Shown: piece after piece, positions 1-9,119 of the stretch
Numbering within the stretch: the stretch's first letter is position 1
Layout: each line of letters begins with the position of its first letter
Source: a virus
Virus record (IMG/VR): IMGVR_UViG_3300017731_002846
Coordinates: 32,001 to 96,000 of that record
Strand: one strand, 5' to 3'
Length of the DNA: 64,000 nucleotides
The notes under the pieces: generated by a model
What the model saw: the letters and a program-made list of their open reading frames with translations, nothing else
What the model was told of the DNA's origin: nothing
Databases searched by the model: none
Program-made: the position numbers and the translations under genes

Positions 1-224
1 AAGGACTGTTTTAACATTTTGTAAGTTTTTTCAGGAAGCCTACTACGATCCTCGCCCAAATCGGGAGAGCAATCCCGGGTATTTTTCATTGATTTAGACT
101 GAGCTAAGTCACCATAAAAAAAATATTCATGAGGGCTTTCAATATCTTTTATCCAAGTATTTAAGCAAGCATCGGCCTGCTCTTGTGTTTCGCTGCAAGT
201 CAATATATAAACTAGTATTTTCAA
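1..224 (-). CDS. Partial glycosyltransferase, GT31/fringe-like; runs off the window start
   Basis: Hand translation from TTG at 224: MKILVYILTCSETQEQADACLNTW...DRSRLPEKTYKMLKQS. The LPEK motif matches ORF 48000-48650. Not in the ORF track. Confidence 0.55.
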   Translation of the reverse strand, partial: MKILVYILTCSETQEQADACLNTWIKDIESPHEYFFYGDLAQSKSMKNTRDCSPDLGEDRSRLPEKTYKMLKQS

Positions 225-263
225 TTACCTTTTCCTTATATGTTTTACAAATATTATAAAACT

Positions 264-851
264 TTATCCTCCAAACTTATACCCAAAAATCTCAATATCC
301 TTTGCATATTTTCGCGCGACAATATCACGAGTTTCGTCATCGTAGTATTCAGTGTAATGTTTGTGTTTTGACACATGTTTTTGTGGAAGTTCTTTATGAG
401 GAATTCCAATGTTGTCACAGACGATGTTAAAGTCTTCTTGAAGGTTTTCAAAGCGACCTATGTAATTAATTTTATCTAATGGTTCTAAAATATTATATTG
501 ACTGTAAAGGTGGCACGGATCACCTGGGGACTGGGCCGGGTGTAAAGTTGTGAATTTAATTACAAATGTTTTAAAATCTACACCTCTATAATATTCTCTG
601 CAATGAGGGAGATTCCATTCATTTAATTGATCTGTAAACCATTTAAACTCTGACACCATTTTGTCATATGGATTTCTAACGAAAGAAAATTTATAATAAT
701 TTTTATACTTACTATTCTGTAGTAAATTTCGATGGGTTGCGTGATAATGACCTTCAATATGAAATTCAAAATTTTCCAAATATGCCTCTATGCTTGTGCC
801 AGCGCATTTAGGTACATGTATAAAAACAACTCTATGTTTATTACTTATCAT
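264..851 (-). CDS. Sulfotransferase, Sulfotransfer_2 family
   Basis: VFIHVPKCAGTS (5'-PSB), FSFVRNPYDKMVS (3'-PB), YIGRFENL, D..IFGY. Likely start ATG 851 (MISNKH). Confidence 0.9.
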   Translation of the reverse strand: MISNKHRVVFIHVPKCAGTSIEAYLENFEFHIEGHYHATHRNLLQNSKYKNYYKFSFVRNPYDKMVSEFKWFTDQLNEWNLPHCREYYRGVDFKTFVIKFTTLHPAQSPGDPCHLYSQYNILEPLDKINYIGRFENLQEDFNIVCDNIGIPHKELPQKHVSKHKHYTEYYDDETRDIVARKYAKDIEIFGYKFGG

Positions 852-1623
852 ACAGGTCATTGAAGTAGGCTTGTTCTTTTCTACCATGTGGACCTAATCC
901 ACATTCTATATTTTGCTTGAAATATTTGCAATGATCTATATTAAGAACACTAGTCCACTTTTTTTTAGATAAATCAGCTTTATTATATACATCATGATGC
1001 CCGTGGCAGTGCTCTAAGTGACCGCGCGTTATGATAACTTTCTGCGTAGCGCGCTTCGCTAAACCCTTTGTAATATCAACTGTCTTATTTAACTGCTCAA
1101 AAATATCTACTTGTTTGTTTAAGGTGGCAAGATTTCCATTAGATCCTCCAATTCTATCTCTTAAAACACCTTTACAAAACTGAATTTCGCTGCTCTCTAT
1201 TAATTTTAATTCGGTTGAAGATAGTTCAACAAACTCATCCAGATCAAGTATGAAACACAATTCATTTTCAGTTATATATTGTTTTTTTAAATCGTTCTGT
1301 ATAATCCACAGAGGGCATGTGTTTGGATTAGGAGGAGGGTGCTGATATTCTTTTAACCTTTTGGTATCTTTTAAAGTATTGTGCATGCTCCAGTCACGAT
1401 TTTTGTATTCGTAAAACTTTTCACTACATATAGGGATAAATTTTATATTGTATCTGCTACTGTAGGTTGGTTTGATTGTATTAATTACTTCGTTGTTACC
1501 ATGTAGTATAAATTCTGTAACCCCAATATCATCATAATGCTTTAAGAAATGATGCAGTAAAATATCAGTCACATCAATTTTGATTAATTCTGGATTTGTT
1601 CCTATGTCTGCTATTAATTTCAT
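841..1623 (-). CDS. Glycosyltransferase, GT2/GT92-like
   Basis: FLKHYDDIGVTEF, LDLDEF DXD motif, HGHH. Confidence 0.7.
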   Translation of the reverse strand: MKLIADIGTNPELIKIDVTDILLHHFLKHYDDIGVTEFILHGNNEVINTIKPTYSSRYNIKFIPICSEKFYEYKNRDWSMHNTLKDTKRLKEYQHPPPNPNTCPLWIIQNDLKKQYITENELCFILDLDEFVELSSTELKLIESSEIQFCKGVLRDRIGGSNGNLATLNKQVDIFEQLNKTVDITKGLAKRATQKVIITRGHLEHCHGHHDVYNKADLSKKKWTSVLNIDHCKYFKQNIECGLGPHGRKEQAYFNDLYDK

Positions 1624-1624
1624 T

Positions 1625-2383
1625 TTATATTCCTAATAAAATTTTTACTACATCAATTCTTAACTGGCTTGCGCCACACTGTTTATATTGACTGTATTTT
1701 TCTTGTAAAATTCCGATATTTTCATGCGACACATGAAGCACACCATATTTTTCGTTTTCAATATAGCTGATACTAGGACCTGCTAATATTTTGTTTTTCA
1801 CGGGATCGATATATCCACCAAATTCATACCTATTCCTTGTCATTAAAATATTATATTGGTTTCTTAGTTGCATATACGAATCATTGTATTTTGGCACAAA
1901 ATTATATGTAAAAAATTCCTGGTCATGGTAATGATCAGCTTGCTGTTTTAAAATTTCGATTCGCTCGTTGCTTACATTTACAAATGCTTTGCACAAATTT
2001 TCAAATTGCTTTCGTGTTCCGCTTGCAAGAAAAGGACAATCAGCATCCATCAAATGAAGCTTGTCACCCGGTTCTGTAATCGGAAAATTAAGATTAATTG
2101 CATCATAATCCGAAACATAAAATTTTTCTTCTGCTTGAGTTGCATATGCCAGCCAACGAAACCAACAACTCATGCCGTATTCTGTAATTTGTTTACTCGT
2201 TATCTCATTGAAAATTCTACGCATTTCTGAGTTTAAAGTTGCAAAATACGGATGCTTTTTTGCATCTTCTAAGTTCAAGACAATAGGTTGGTATCCGTGT
2301 CGTAACCAGCTAATTTTCCACAAGTCAATAAGTTCGTTTTGGGAAGAGTGGTTGATATTCTGGTAGTATGTGTAGATTTTCAT
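1625..2383 (-). CDS. Putative glycosyltransferase-like protein
   Basis: VSDYD DXD-like motif, RWLAY; glycan cluster context. Confidence 0.45.
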   Translation of the reverse strand: MKIYTYYQNINHSSQNELIDLWKISWLRHGYQPIVLNLEDAKKHPYFATLNSEMRRIFNEITSKQITEYGMSCWFRWLAYATQAEEKFYVSDYDAINLNFPITEPGDKLHLMDADCPFLASGTRKQFENLCKAFVNVSNERIEILKQQADHYHDQEFFTYNFVPKYNDSYMQLRNQYNILMTRNRYEFGGYIDPVKNKILAGPSISYIENEKYGVLHVSHENIGILQEKYSQYKQCGASQLRIDVVKILLGI

Positions 2384-2991
2384 GCTGAATTTACCCCGTG
2401 CGGAAATCCTACTTTTAAAAACATATCATGATCTTCTTTTGAAAAATATTCCCAGTCAAAATGCTCGCAAATTAACTCGAGCAATTTCAAGAAATAATTA
2501 GATGGTGGGTGGTTAGGTTCGCCTTTTCTTAAAGGCAGCATATCGTTTTTATTGTGTTGGTTTATGATTTGATCGATTTTGATTTTTATATTTTCCTCTT
2601 TGTCTTTATGCTGTGTTCTCTTGAGAGTTTTATCATAATTATTAATATCAATGTAATAGTTTGTCACTGTTAATAGCTTACAATGCTCATTTACGATCAA
2701 CTTGATTTTATCGATAGAGTATTCAGGTGAAGCATCAGGATGCATGTCTAGGCATATTATATAGTCACAAGAATTTATATAGTCTTTATCGTCGTGAGGA
2801 CACCTTACATTATCTATAAAGTCTTTGGTGAATAATTCGAGGTTTACTTCATTCAATTTTCCTTTGAAATCATATCCTCCATATCTTTCGTTATTAAAAG
2901 ATATCCACCAACATTCATCATTTGGCGATAAATATTTAATATACCAGCAAAGCGACTCTAGTTGACAATTTCCTATGCAAGCAATTTTCAT
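2380..2991 (-). CDS. WcbI-like polysaccharide modification protein (putative acyltransferase)
   Basis: N-terminal IGNCQ and C-terminal NHP motifs typical of the WcbI family. Confidence 0.55.
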   Translation of the reverse strand: MKIACIGNCQLESLCWYIKYLSPNDECWWISFNNERYGGYDFKGKLNEVNLELFTKDFIDNVRCPHDDKDYINSCDYIICLDMHPDASPEYSIDKIKLIVNEHCKLLTVTNYYIDINNYDKTLKRTQHKDKEENIKIKIDQIINQHNKNDMLPLRKGEPNHPPSNYFLKLLELICEHFDWEYFSKEDHDMFLKVGFPHGVNSA

Positions 2992-2997
2992 AGTTAG

Positions 2998-3090
2998 TTA
3001 TGTATATTCTTTTAGCATTTTTTCTCTAAACCCTGATCCAGTTTTTGGCGGATTTAGGCATACGAATTTATATTTGTGCGATAATATCAT
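2998..3090 (-). pseudogene. Collapsed sulfotransferase remnant (30 aa)
   Basis: MILSHKYKFVCLNPPKTGSGFREKMLKEYT*: N-terminal PSB motif resembling the neighbouring paralogue, then an immediate stop. Confidence 0.75.
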
Positions 3091-3105
3091 TTAATCAAGT
3101 AATTT

Positions 3106-3753
3106 TCATATAGTATAACCTTTTAACTCTATTACATGCTTTTCTTTTTGCGCTACAAGATCAATTAGTTGTTGATTGTAAATTTCATGCATATTTTGCA
3201 AGTTTAGGCTTTTGTTCCCGTGCTCCAAGGCCGGGGGGGTTATGTCAACTTGATCACATAATAAAGTGAATTCATTCTGAAGATTTTCAAACTCGGCGAT
3301 ATGATTAATTACAGCCTCATTGTTAATAATATAATATTCGTGTTGAGGTTTGTTGTTTTTGATTAAATTTCTCATTATTGTTTTTTTATCTTGATTTTCA
3401 AACATTTTAAGGCACATTTTACCTTGATTTATTTCAGGAGCATTCCATTTTATACTTGCGTCTTTGTTTTTGTATTTTTCCGCATATTCTTTAAAATATT
3501 TGAAGAAACTATAATAACGATCCCACGGATTACGAACAATAGTGAATGAAAAATACTCTGAGAAGTTTTTGTTTAGTTTCTGCAACGAATCACGACATTG
3601 TCTTGCAGTTCCGTGTTGATAAAAATCAGCATTTAAGTTTGGTTCACCAACAATATCAATAACACCCAATGGCAACAAGCTTTCACGAAATGATCTTGTT
3701 CCAGTTTTTGGAATGTCAATTGTTATAAATTTATGTTTATGTGATATTAGCAT
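3106..3753 (-). CDS. Sulfotransferase, Sulfotransfer_2 family
   Basis: IDIPKTGTRS, FTIVRNPWDRYYS, FENL. Confidence 0.9.
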   Translation of the reverse strand: MLISHKHKFITIDIPKTGTRSFRESLLPLGVIDIVGEPNLNADFYQHGTARQCRDSLQKLNKNFSEYFSFTIVRNPWDRYYSFFKYFKEYAEKYKNKDASIKWNAPEINQGKMCLKMFENQDKKTIMRNLIKNNKPQHEYYIINNEAVINHIAEFENLQNEFTLLCDQVDITPPALEHGNKSLNLQNMHEIYNQQLIDLVAQKEKHVIELKGYTI

Positions 3754-4651
3754 TTTTACAATATCTCTCCCATAATTTTCTATCCCAATATGTACGATCT
3801 AGAAATTTTTGTTGAATAGTTAGGTCTAAGTCAGAAAGTTTGCGCTTCAATTTTTTGCTAGTTTGGTTCTTGTTAATGTGAGTAGCTACAACCTCGGGCT
3901 CAATATCTGACTGAAGAATACCATAAGCACCGTGAAATACATTATTAATTAATCCATCTACTTCGCTCATATCAGATATTCTGAAATACTGAAGGTATTC
4001 ATTTGCTAATGTAAAATGCCTGGGCTCAATCACTTGAGAGTCTTGCATGTCAAGCAAATGCCTTATTAGCCAACTATCTTCTAATTCGCTAGATTGAATA
4101 TACTCAAGAAAATTATCAGAACTAATCGAATTGTGAGTCGGTTCATGCTTGCTTTTGTCGCTCTTTATATAATGATATATCGAGATAGATCTTGCAAAAG
4201 GATCCCGTAAAACTGTAAAGTTCAATACATGATTTCTTTTTGAGGCATGTTTAATCTTTTCTACAGCATCTCTTTGTATTGATGCTCCGGGAACAGTAGG
4301 ATCGACACTAATCGAAAAAACTTCAACATCTCCATTATTAATAGAATCAATAAAAGGTTCTAAATCAACATAATCCGTTACTTCATCGCTAAATTTATCT
4401 TTTTTGAAATTATTATTTATTGTTGCAACATCTGTTGGAGTATGAATACAGCAGGTCAGTTGTTTTCCTTCTTTTAATAAAACAATAGATCTCCTTATCC
4501 TCTTAGAGGTCCACCCTGGTATTTGATGATTGTCTAAATACAGATTGTATTTTCTGCACAACATCATCATCCAGCTTAAAACATAAGTCCCTGCATTCTT
4601 AGCTATATGATAAAAAACAGGAATATGTTCAGGCTCTTTAATAATACTCAT
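3737..4651 (-). CDS. Sulfotransferase
   Basis: FYHIAKNAGT, FTVLRDPFARSISIYHY, C-terminal D..LW. Confidence 0.8.
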   Translation of the reverse strand: MSIIKEPEHIPVFYHIAKNAGTYVLSWMMMLCRKYNLYLDNHQIPGWTSKRIRRSIVLLKEGKQLTCCIHTPTDVATINNNFKKDKFSDEVTDYVDLEPFIDSINNGDVEVFSISVDPTVPGASIQRDAVEKIKHASKRNHVLNFTVLRDPFARSISIYHYIKSDKSKHEPTHNSISSDNFLEYIQSSELEDSWLIRHLLDMQDSQVIEPRHFTLANEYLQYFRISDMSEVDGLINNVFHGAYGILQSDIEPEVVATHINKNQTSKKLKRKLSDLDLTIQQKFLDRTYWDRKLWERYCKNANIT

Positions 4652-4663
4652 TGCCTTACTAAT

Positions 4664-4670
4664 TACACTT
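4664..4670 (-). promoter_or_regulatory. GTGTA phage promoter-like motif (representative copy)
   Basis: AAGTGTAATT upstream of ATG 4651. The same core lies upstream of 10 other genes (see findings). Confidence 0.55.
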
Positions 4671-4688
4671 TATTAAAATGAATCCTAC

Positions 4689-5522
4689 TTAAGATGAGAA
4701 TCTATTTTTTTGATGTAAAATTACTAAATCTCTATTTTTTTGGCAAATATAACTTTCTTTTAGCTTGCTATCTACACCCATAGACATATTAGAAATTAAT
4801 TTTATATCTTTATAACCAGGTTTATATTTATTTATGTTTTCTTCTGAGGATTCGATGGTATAATAGATACCAATGTCGTAATTAACGAAATGGTCATGAA
4901 CACCTTCTTTAACCAGCCGTTTTACTTTAGACAGAGATTCGTTAAGTAATTCTTTGGATAAATCACAGTTTTTATAAATAGCCACCCCATTTAAATGATC
5001 TTTCCATTCGCAATTTTCTGGAAGCTCAACGATGCCTTCATAGCAACTTCCAGCTATCAAAAAATCTTCTTGCTCACAATACTTATACAAACGATCAAAC
5101 CAGTGATATTTGACGGGTCTAGTGTCAGACTCTAAGATCAAAAAGTTTTCATAATCATTCTGAAAAAGAAAGTCTAAGCCTTGAAAAAAAGAATTATTGG
5201 GCCCAGAAGATAGCCCCAAAATAGGAAATCCATGCTCTTCGTATAATTCATAAGAATGGTCAGCTCGAAAATAAAGATTTTCTTGCTCGCTAAGATCTAA
5301 AGAATGTATGTAGATTTTATTTATATATTTTAAAGATTCATATTTTAATAAATCTTCATATCCTGTAGGATCACCTTGATCAAAAACAAAAAATAAATCA
5401 AATTTATATTTTGCCGAAGCTCCTAGCCCAATATAACCCTTTAAACAATTATGGATATATCCTTCTTGGTATTCTTTTTGGGAAGATAGGAATGCTATAG
5501 CTAATTTATTTGTATACTGCAT
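4689..5522 (-). CDS. Putative glycosyltransferase-like protein
   Basis: LILESDTRP (E/DxD-like), HLNGVAIY; cluster context. Confidence 0.5.
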   Translation of the reverse strand: MQYTNKLAIAFLSSQKEYQEGYIHNCLKGYIGLGASAKYKFDLFFVFDQGDPTGYEDLLKYESLKYINKIYIHSLDLSEQENLYFRADHSYELYEEHGFPILGLSSGPNNSFFQGLDFLFQNDYENFLILESDTRPVKYHWFDRLYKYCEQEDFLIAGSCYEGIVELPENCEWKDHLNGVAIYKNCDLSKELLNESLSKVKRLVKEGVHDHFVNYDIGIYYTIESSEENINKYKPGYKDIKLISNMSMGVDSKLKESYICQKNRDLVILHQKNRFSS

Positions 5523-5656
5523 ATCGTAAAATTATTTACCTTTAAATAATTCTAATATTATAATATATATATAGAGTTTAATCTATATTAATTACCACTT
5601 GTATTTTTCCCAAATACAAAAAGTATATAAAACGGTCAATATAGCTATAGTTATCA

Positions 5657-6160
5657 TTAAACAAGTCTGTCGGTTATAATTTGATGGGCAAATTTTTTAT
5701 CATGCCAATCATGGACTTGAACTTTGTCGCCTGACATAGATAAGTCTTTATAATGGGCAAAGAAATTTTTTGAAATCTGAAGGAAACTCTCTTCTAGGTC
5801 TTTTAAATTAGAATATTTTCTTGTATAAAAGCTTGGGACACCTACCAATTTATAATCTTTTTCTCCCTCGTCATCCATGTCTAATACCCCTAAAATTTTG
5901 GCCTCTACAACAGTAGCTCTTTTGATTGGCTCGGGGCTGATAACTAAAATATCAAGAGGATCTCCATCTTCGCATAAAGTACCAGGAACGAAGCCGTAAC
6001 TTGCTGGGTAAACCATTGCGGAGTTTAGGCACCTATCATACATGAAAACCCCAAGTTCTCCATCGTACTCATACTTATTTTTTGAGCCTTCCTCAATCTC
6101 AATAACAGCATTAACTATTTGGGGCGATTTTTTGTGTGTTGGTAATTTATATAAGTTCAT
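5657..6160 (-). CDS. ppa: Inorganic pyrophosphatase, family I
   Basis: NKYEYD, YPASYGFVPGT, DGDPLDILV, DEGEKDYK. Confidence 0.95.
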   Translation of the reverse strand: MNLYKLPTHKKSPQIVNAVIEIEEGSKNKYEYDGELGVFMYDRCLNSAMVYPASYGFVPGTLCEDGDPLDILVISPEPIKRATVVEAKILGVLDMDDEGEKDYKLVGVPSFYTRKYSNLKDLEESFLQISKNFFAHYKDLSMSGDKVQVHDWHDKKFAHQIITDRLV

Positions 6161-6555
6161 TTTATTCCAGTTAAATCAGATGAAGAGCGAATTTTGTCGC
6201 CAAGCCCGTCAATAACTTGCGTTCCGTTTTCTTTGCAAATTTTGTATTCAGGTATTTCTCCGTTACTACGGTCACCACCATTGGCGAAAATATCGGGTTT
6301 AAGTAAATCAAGGGTCTTGCATACAGTTTTGTCGTCGTCAATAGACATAACAGCTTCATCAACGCCTTTAATTTGAGAGACAATCATTAAACGATCATCT
6401 TCGCACATAAAAGACCTTCCCTTTTTTAGGGCGGCCTGCCTGTCATTATTTACAATAACAATTAAATAATCGCCAAGCTCTCTCGCCATTTTAATATATT
6501 CCAAATGCCCGATATGTATCGGGTCAAAGTACCCACTAATTGCAATTTTTTTCAT
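6157..6555 (-). CDS. Cytidylyltransferase-like protein (TagD/RfaE C-terminal type)
   Basis: SGYFDPIHIGH (HxGH), FANGGDR, KIRSSS. Confidence 0.9.
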   Translation of the reverse strand: MKKIAISGYFDPIHIGHLEYIKMARELGDYLIVIVNNDRQAALKKGRSFMCEDDRLMIVSQIKGVDEAVMSIDDDKTVCKTLDLLKPDIFANGGDRSNGEIPEYKICKENGTQVIDGLGDKIRSSSDLTGIK

Positions 6556-6929
6556 ATAATGCTTTTTTGAATTTGTCTAAATATATAAGCCATGCATTCA
6601 CTATCCGTCATCTTTAATGCCCTGTAAATTTCTAAATCTATAACTTGCTCGACATCCAATTCATTGAAAGAGATTAACTCATCTTTTTTATCTTCATACA
6701 GACATACATGAATGATCTCGTTTGTTCCAGCAGGTTGAGTTACATAAATTTTATATATATCCATGTAACTTTTAGGGAATTTTAATAGTTTTTTATATAA
6801 TTTACCATGAGCAATAGTTAATTCAATAACTTCAGACTCTGTAAGCCCTTCATCTTTATAGTAGTTTTTATACAAATGATTAAACATTGATTTAAATGTA
6901 ACTTTCTGAACTAGATCTCTTAATGTCAT
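6552..6929 (-). CDS. Hypothetical protein
   Basis: 125-aa ORF overlapping the next gene by 4 nt. Confidence 0.7.
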   Translation of the reverse strand: MTLRDLVQKVTFKSMFNHLYKNYYKDEGLTESEVIELTIAHGKLYKKLLKFPKSYMDIYKIYVTQPAGTNEIIHVCLYEDKKDELISFNELDVEQVIDLEIYRALKMTDSECMAYIFRQIQKSII

Positions 6930-6935
6930 AACTTT

Positions 6936-7154
6936 TTATAGGAAATTCGGGCGAATTGGTCGGTGTTTCCCGTAGCTCATAGAGTGAATCCGTGTTGCCT
7001 GTATATCAATCAATAATTTCTGCTTCAGGATAGCTTCGTGTTGAATATCGAGGGTCTCGTAAAGAGAATCAAGCCTCTGCTTCTGATTATAAGCAATAAA
7101 GGATAATGCTATTATCAGTAAAACGAGAATTACTTCTATGAAAGAAAACTTCAT
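6936..7154 (-). CDS. Small protein with N-terminal membrane anchor
   Basis: Hydrophobic N-terminus; GTGTA motif 9 nt upstream. Confidence 0.65.
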   Translation of the reverse strand: MKFSFIEVILVLLIIALSFIAYNQKQRLDSLYETLDIQHEAILKQKLLIDIQATRIHSMSYGKHRPIRPNFL

Positions 7155-7201
7155 AAGAATGATTACACAAGACTATATTAACTTGCAAAAAAAAAGAATA
7201 G

Positions 7202-7345
7202 CTATTTTTTCTTTTTAGTCCAATTAATTTGGTCGTAATTCTTTTTGAATTTCTTTGAATGATTATTTCTTGGCGCATCCCCTTTGCCATTGCCAGAAGA
7301 TTTATTAATATTACATTTTCCTGTTTTGCAATTCTTTTTATTCAT
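7202..7345 (-). CDS. Small basic phage protein (47 aa)
   Basis: Hand translation MNKKNCKTGKCNINKSSGNGKGDAPRNNHSKKFKKNYDQINWTKKKK. GKG..PR...F..N.D.I.W pattern; ATGA overlap with the upstream ORF. Confidence 0.6.
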   Translation of the reverse strand: MNKKNCKTGKCNINKSSGNGKGDAPRNNHSKKFKKNYDQINWTKKKK

Positions 7346-7506
7346 TTCCATTTACAATAATTTGGGTTTTCAGATCTTTTCCTGCGCATATATTCTTTTT
7401 TTTGCTCTCTGCGCTTATCTAAATTTTCATTATCATATTTTTCTTGAGCTTTTTTTTGTGCAGCCTTGCCCTTTTCTGATTTCCTGTATTTTGACTGAGA
7501 GTCCAT
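7342..7506 (-). CDS. Small basic helical protein (54 aa)
   Basis: Hand translation MDSQSKYRKSEKGKAAQKKAQEKYD...RRKRSENPNYCKWK; preceded by AGTGGACTATATA. Confidence 0.6.
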   Translation of the reverse strand: MDSQSKYRKSEKGKAAQKKAQEKYDNENLDKRREQKKEYMRRKRSENPNYCKWK

Positions 7507-7527
7507 AATGTATATAGTCCACTGCGG

Positions 7528-8118
7528 TCAAGCTGTCGCATGTAAATTTTTTTTAATTTGAAGATTTTCGACCAAACCAGAATTTAATATACAATCATTG
7601 CAATGGTCAAGATAATTTTCTTGGAATGTAGGCCAAGAAATTTTGTGATCAATTAAATGTTTAAGCAGTTCGTATTGCTCTTTCTCATCTTTATTGGCAG
7701 GGCCGACACCTTCTCGGTTGACATTAATTAATATGCCCCCCTTGTTCTTGATCCATTTAGCCTCGTTAAGAAAGCGAACATCCGTAATGAAGACATGTTT
7801 ATTAAGACCCAAGTCAAGATCTATGCCGTCAGAAATTTTTTCGATCCAGCAGTTTTCATTTAACTTGCGCCTAACATCAGTGCCGTAAGTGACTAGTAAT
7901 GGGCGAACAATTTCTTTCTCTTGATTGTTTTCGGTAAAAGCAGAAATGCCAGTATATTTAACAAGCAATTCATCAAGCTCGTTTTTTAATGCATCTGCGA
8001 AAGAGTAGCGCTTTGACTCTTCGCCAACTGAAGACAAGATTTGCTTGCAGCGTTCATAGAAAGTATCTTTGCCTGAACGGGCAAAGCCGGATATTCCAAT
8101 TAATTTATTATTCATCAT
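7528..8118 (-). CDS. Deoxynucleoside monophosphate kinase
   Basis: GISGFARSGKDT, SFADALK, R.LL..YGTD.RR, W, ITDVRFLNE. Confidence 0.9.
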   Translation of the reverse strand: MMNNKLIGISGFARSGKDTFYERCKQILSSVGEESKRYSFADALKNELDELLVKYTGISAFTENNQEKEIVRPLLVTYGTDVRRKLNENCWIEKISDGIDLDLGLNKHVFITDVRFLNEAKWIKNKGGILINVNREGVGPANKDEKEQYELLKHLIDHKISWPTFQENYLDHCNDCILNSGLVENLQIKKNLHATA

Positions 8119-8287
8119 CTAAAAGAATGTCGTCAGATTCAAAATTACCATCATTAGTTAATTCTATAATCTTCTCTTGTAAAGCCCCTATCATGGTTAT
8201 TGTGTTGATATCAAATTCATGTAAGTATCTCTCGACTAAATTGTCGATATCAAATCTAAATGCATCTGTTTGTTCGTCGTAATCCAT
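8108..8287 (-). CDS. Small acidic protein (59 aa)
   Basis: Hand translation MDYDEQTDAFRFDIDNLVERYLHEFD...FESDDILLDDE; preceded by AGTGGACTATATA. Confidence 0.65.
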   Translation of the reverse strand: MDYDEQTDAFRFDIDNLVERYLHEFDINTITMIGALQEKIIELTNDGNFESDDILLDDE

Positions 8288-8348
8288 GACCTTGTTATAT
8301 TATAATATATAGTCCACTATAATTCAATTGATCTGTTGGAAAATTTTT

Positions 8349-9119
8349 TCAATTCACAACTTTGCTATACTGTATATACTCAAAAGAGCTTTGTAGGTTT
8401 GTTTTATTTAATTCAAAAGCAGGGAGATTGTCCCAATTTTTAAATTCTGTACCGCCAACCTTTTGATATCTACTGAATGCTTTAATTTCTTCGACAGGGT
8501 TAATGTCAAGCCTGCCTGCATACTCATAAGCATGGTATAAATAATATTTCATATGGTTCGGGCAAAGAATAAATAAAAACATTTCCTCTTCAAGAATGCG
8601 ATCCCATTTGCCATACCTTAGATGAAATACATCTCGTTCCAGAGAGTAGCCTAAGTTGTCTACTGCAAGCTCAATAGAAGCATTACCAAGGGTGAAGTCG
8701 GCCCCAGAGTTAATAGACTTGCCCTTCTCTAACATATAATCATAGTCACATCCAGATTTCTCAAGCCCGAAATTTTTAAAAATAATTAATTCAAATATCC
8801 ATCCAATAATTAAATCAAAAGCAAAATCTTGCTTGTTTCTTCCTTGTAGATTTCTGTTATGATTGAATAAATTGTCTATATATTGCTGGCTTTTTTTTGT
8901 GTGACATTTAAAGAAGATAGAGGCGAAAAGATAAGGGACAAATTTGCAATCCCCTTCTCTGCATAAAAATATCTTTAGGTCTTGTTCAAAATTAAATGCA
9001 TCAACCAAAGCCCAAACTGACCTGAATTTTTTAATACTTGAGTGGTTTGTAAGCCGAGAACTACGAGTGGAAAATAACTCGCCCAGAGTATTCTTTAAAT
9101 TAACTTCGTCAATTATCAT
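8349..9119 (-). CDS. Hypothetical protein, possible PD-(D/E)XK restriction-type endonuclease
   Basis: ATGA-coupled to the C5 methyltransferase. GW.FE...ADF...IEL resembles a nuclease core, but the Lys is not evident. Confidence 0.4.
   Translation of the reverse strand: MIIDEVNLKNTLGELFSTRSSRLTNHSSIKKFRSVWALVDAFNFEQDLKIFLCREGDCKFVPYLFASIFFKCHTKKSQQYIDNLFNHNRNLQGRNKQDFAFDLIIGWIFELIIFKNFGLEKSGCDYDYMLEKGKSINSGADFTLGNASIELAVDNLGYSLERDVFHLRYGKWDRILEEEMFLFILCPNHMKYYLYHAYEYAGRLDINPVEEIKAFSRYQKVGGTEFKNWDNLPAFELNKTNLQSSFEYIQYSKVVN

Noticed and set aside
5523-5656. Very AT-rich intergenic stretches (also 16202-16316) as a replication origin
   Set aside because: No iterons or DnaA boxes are recognisable; consistent with ordinary promoter DNA.
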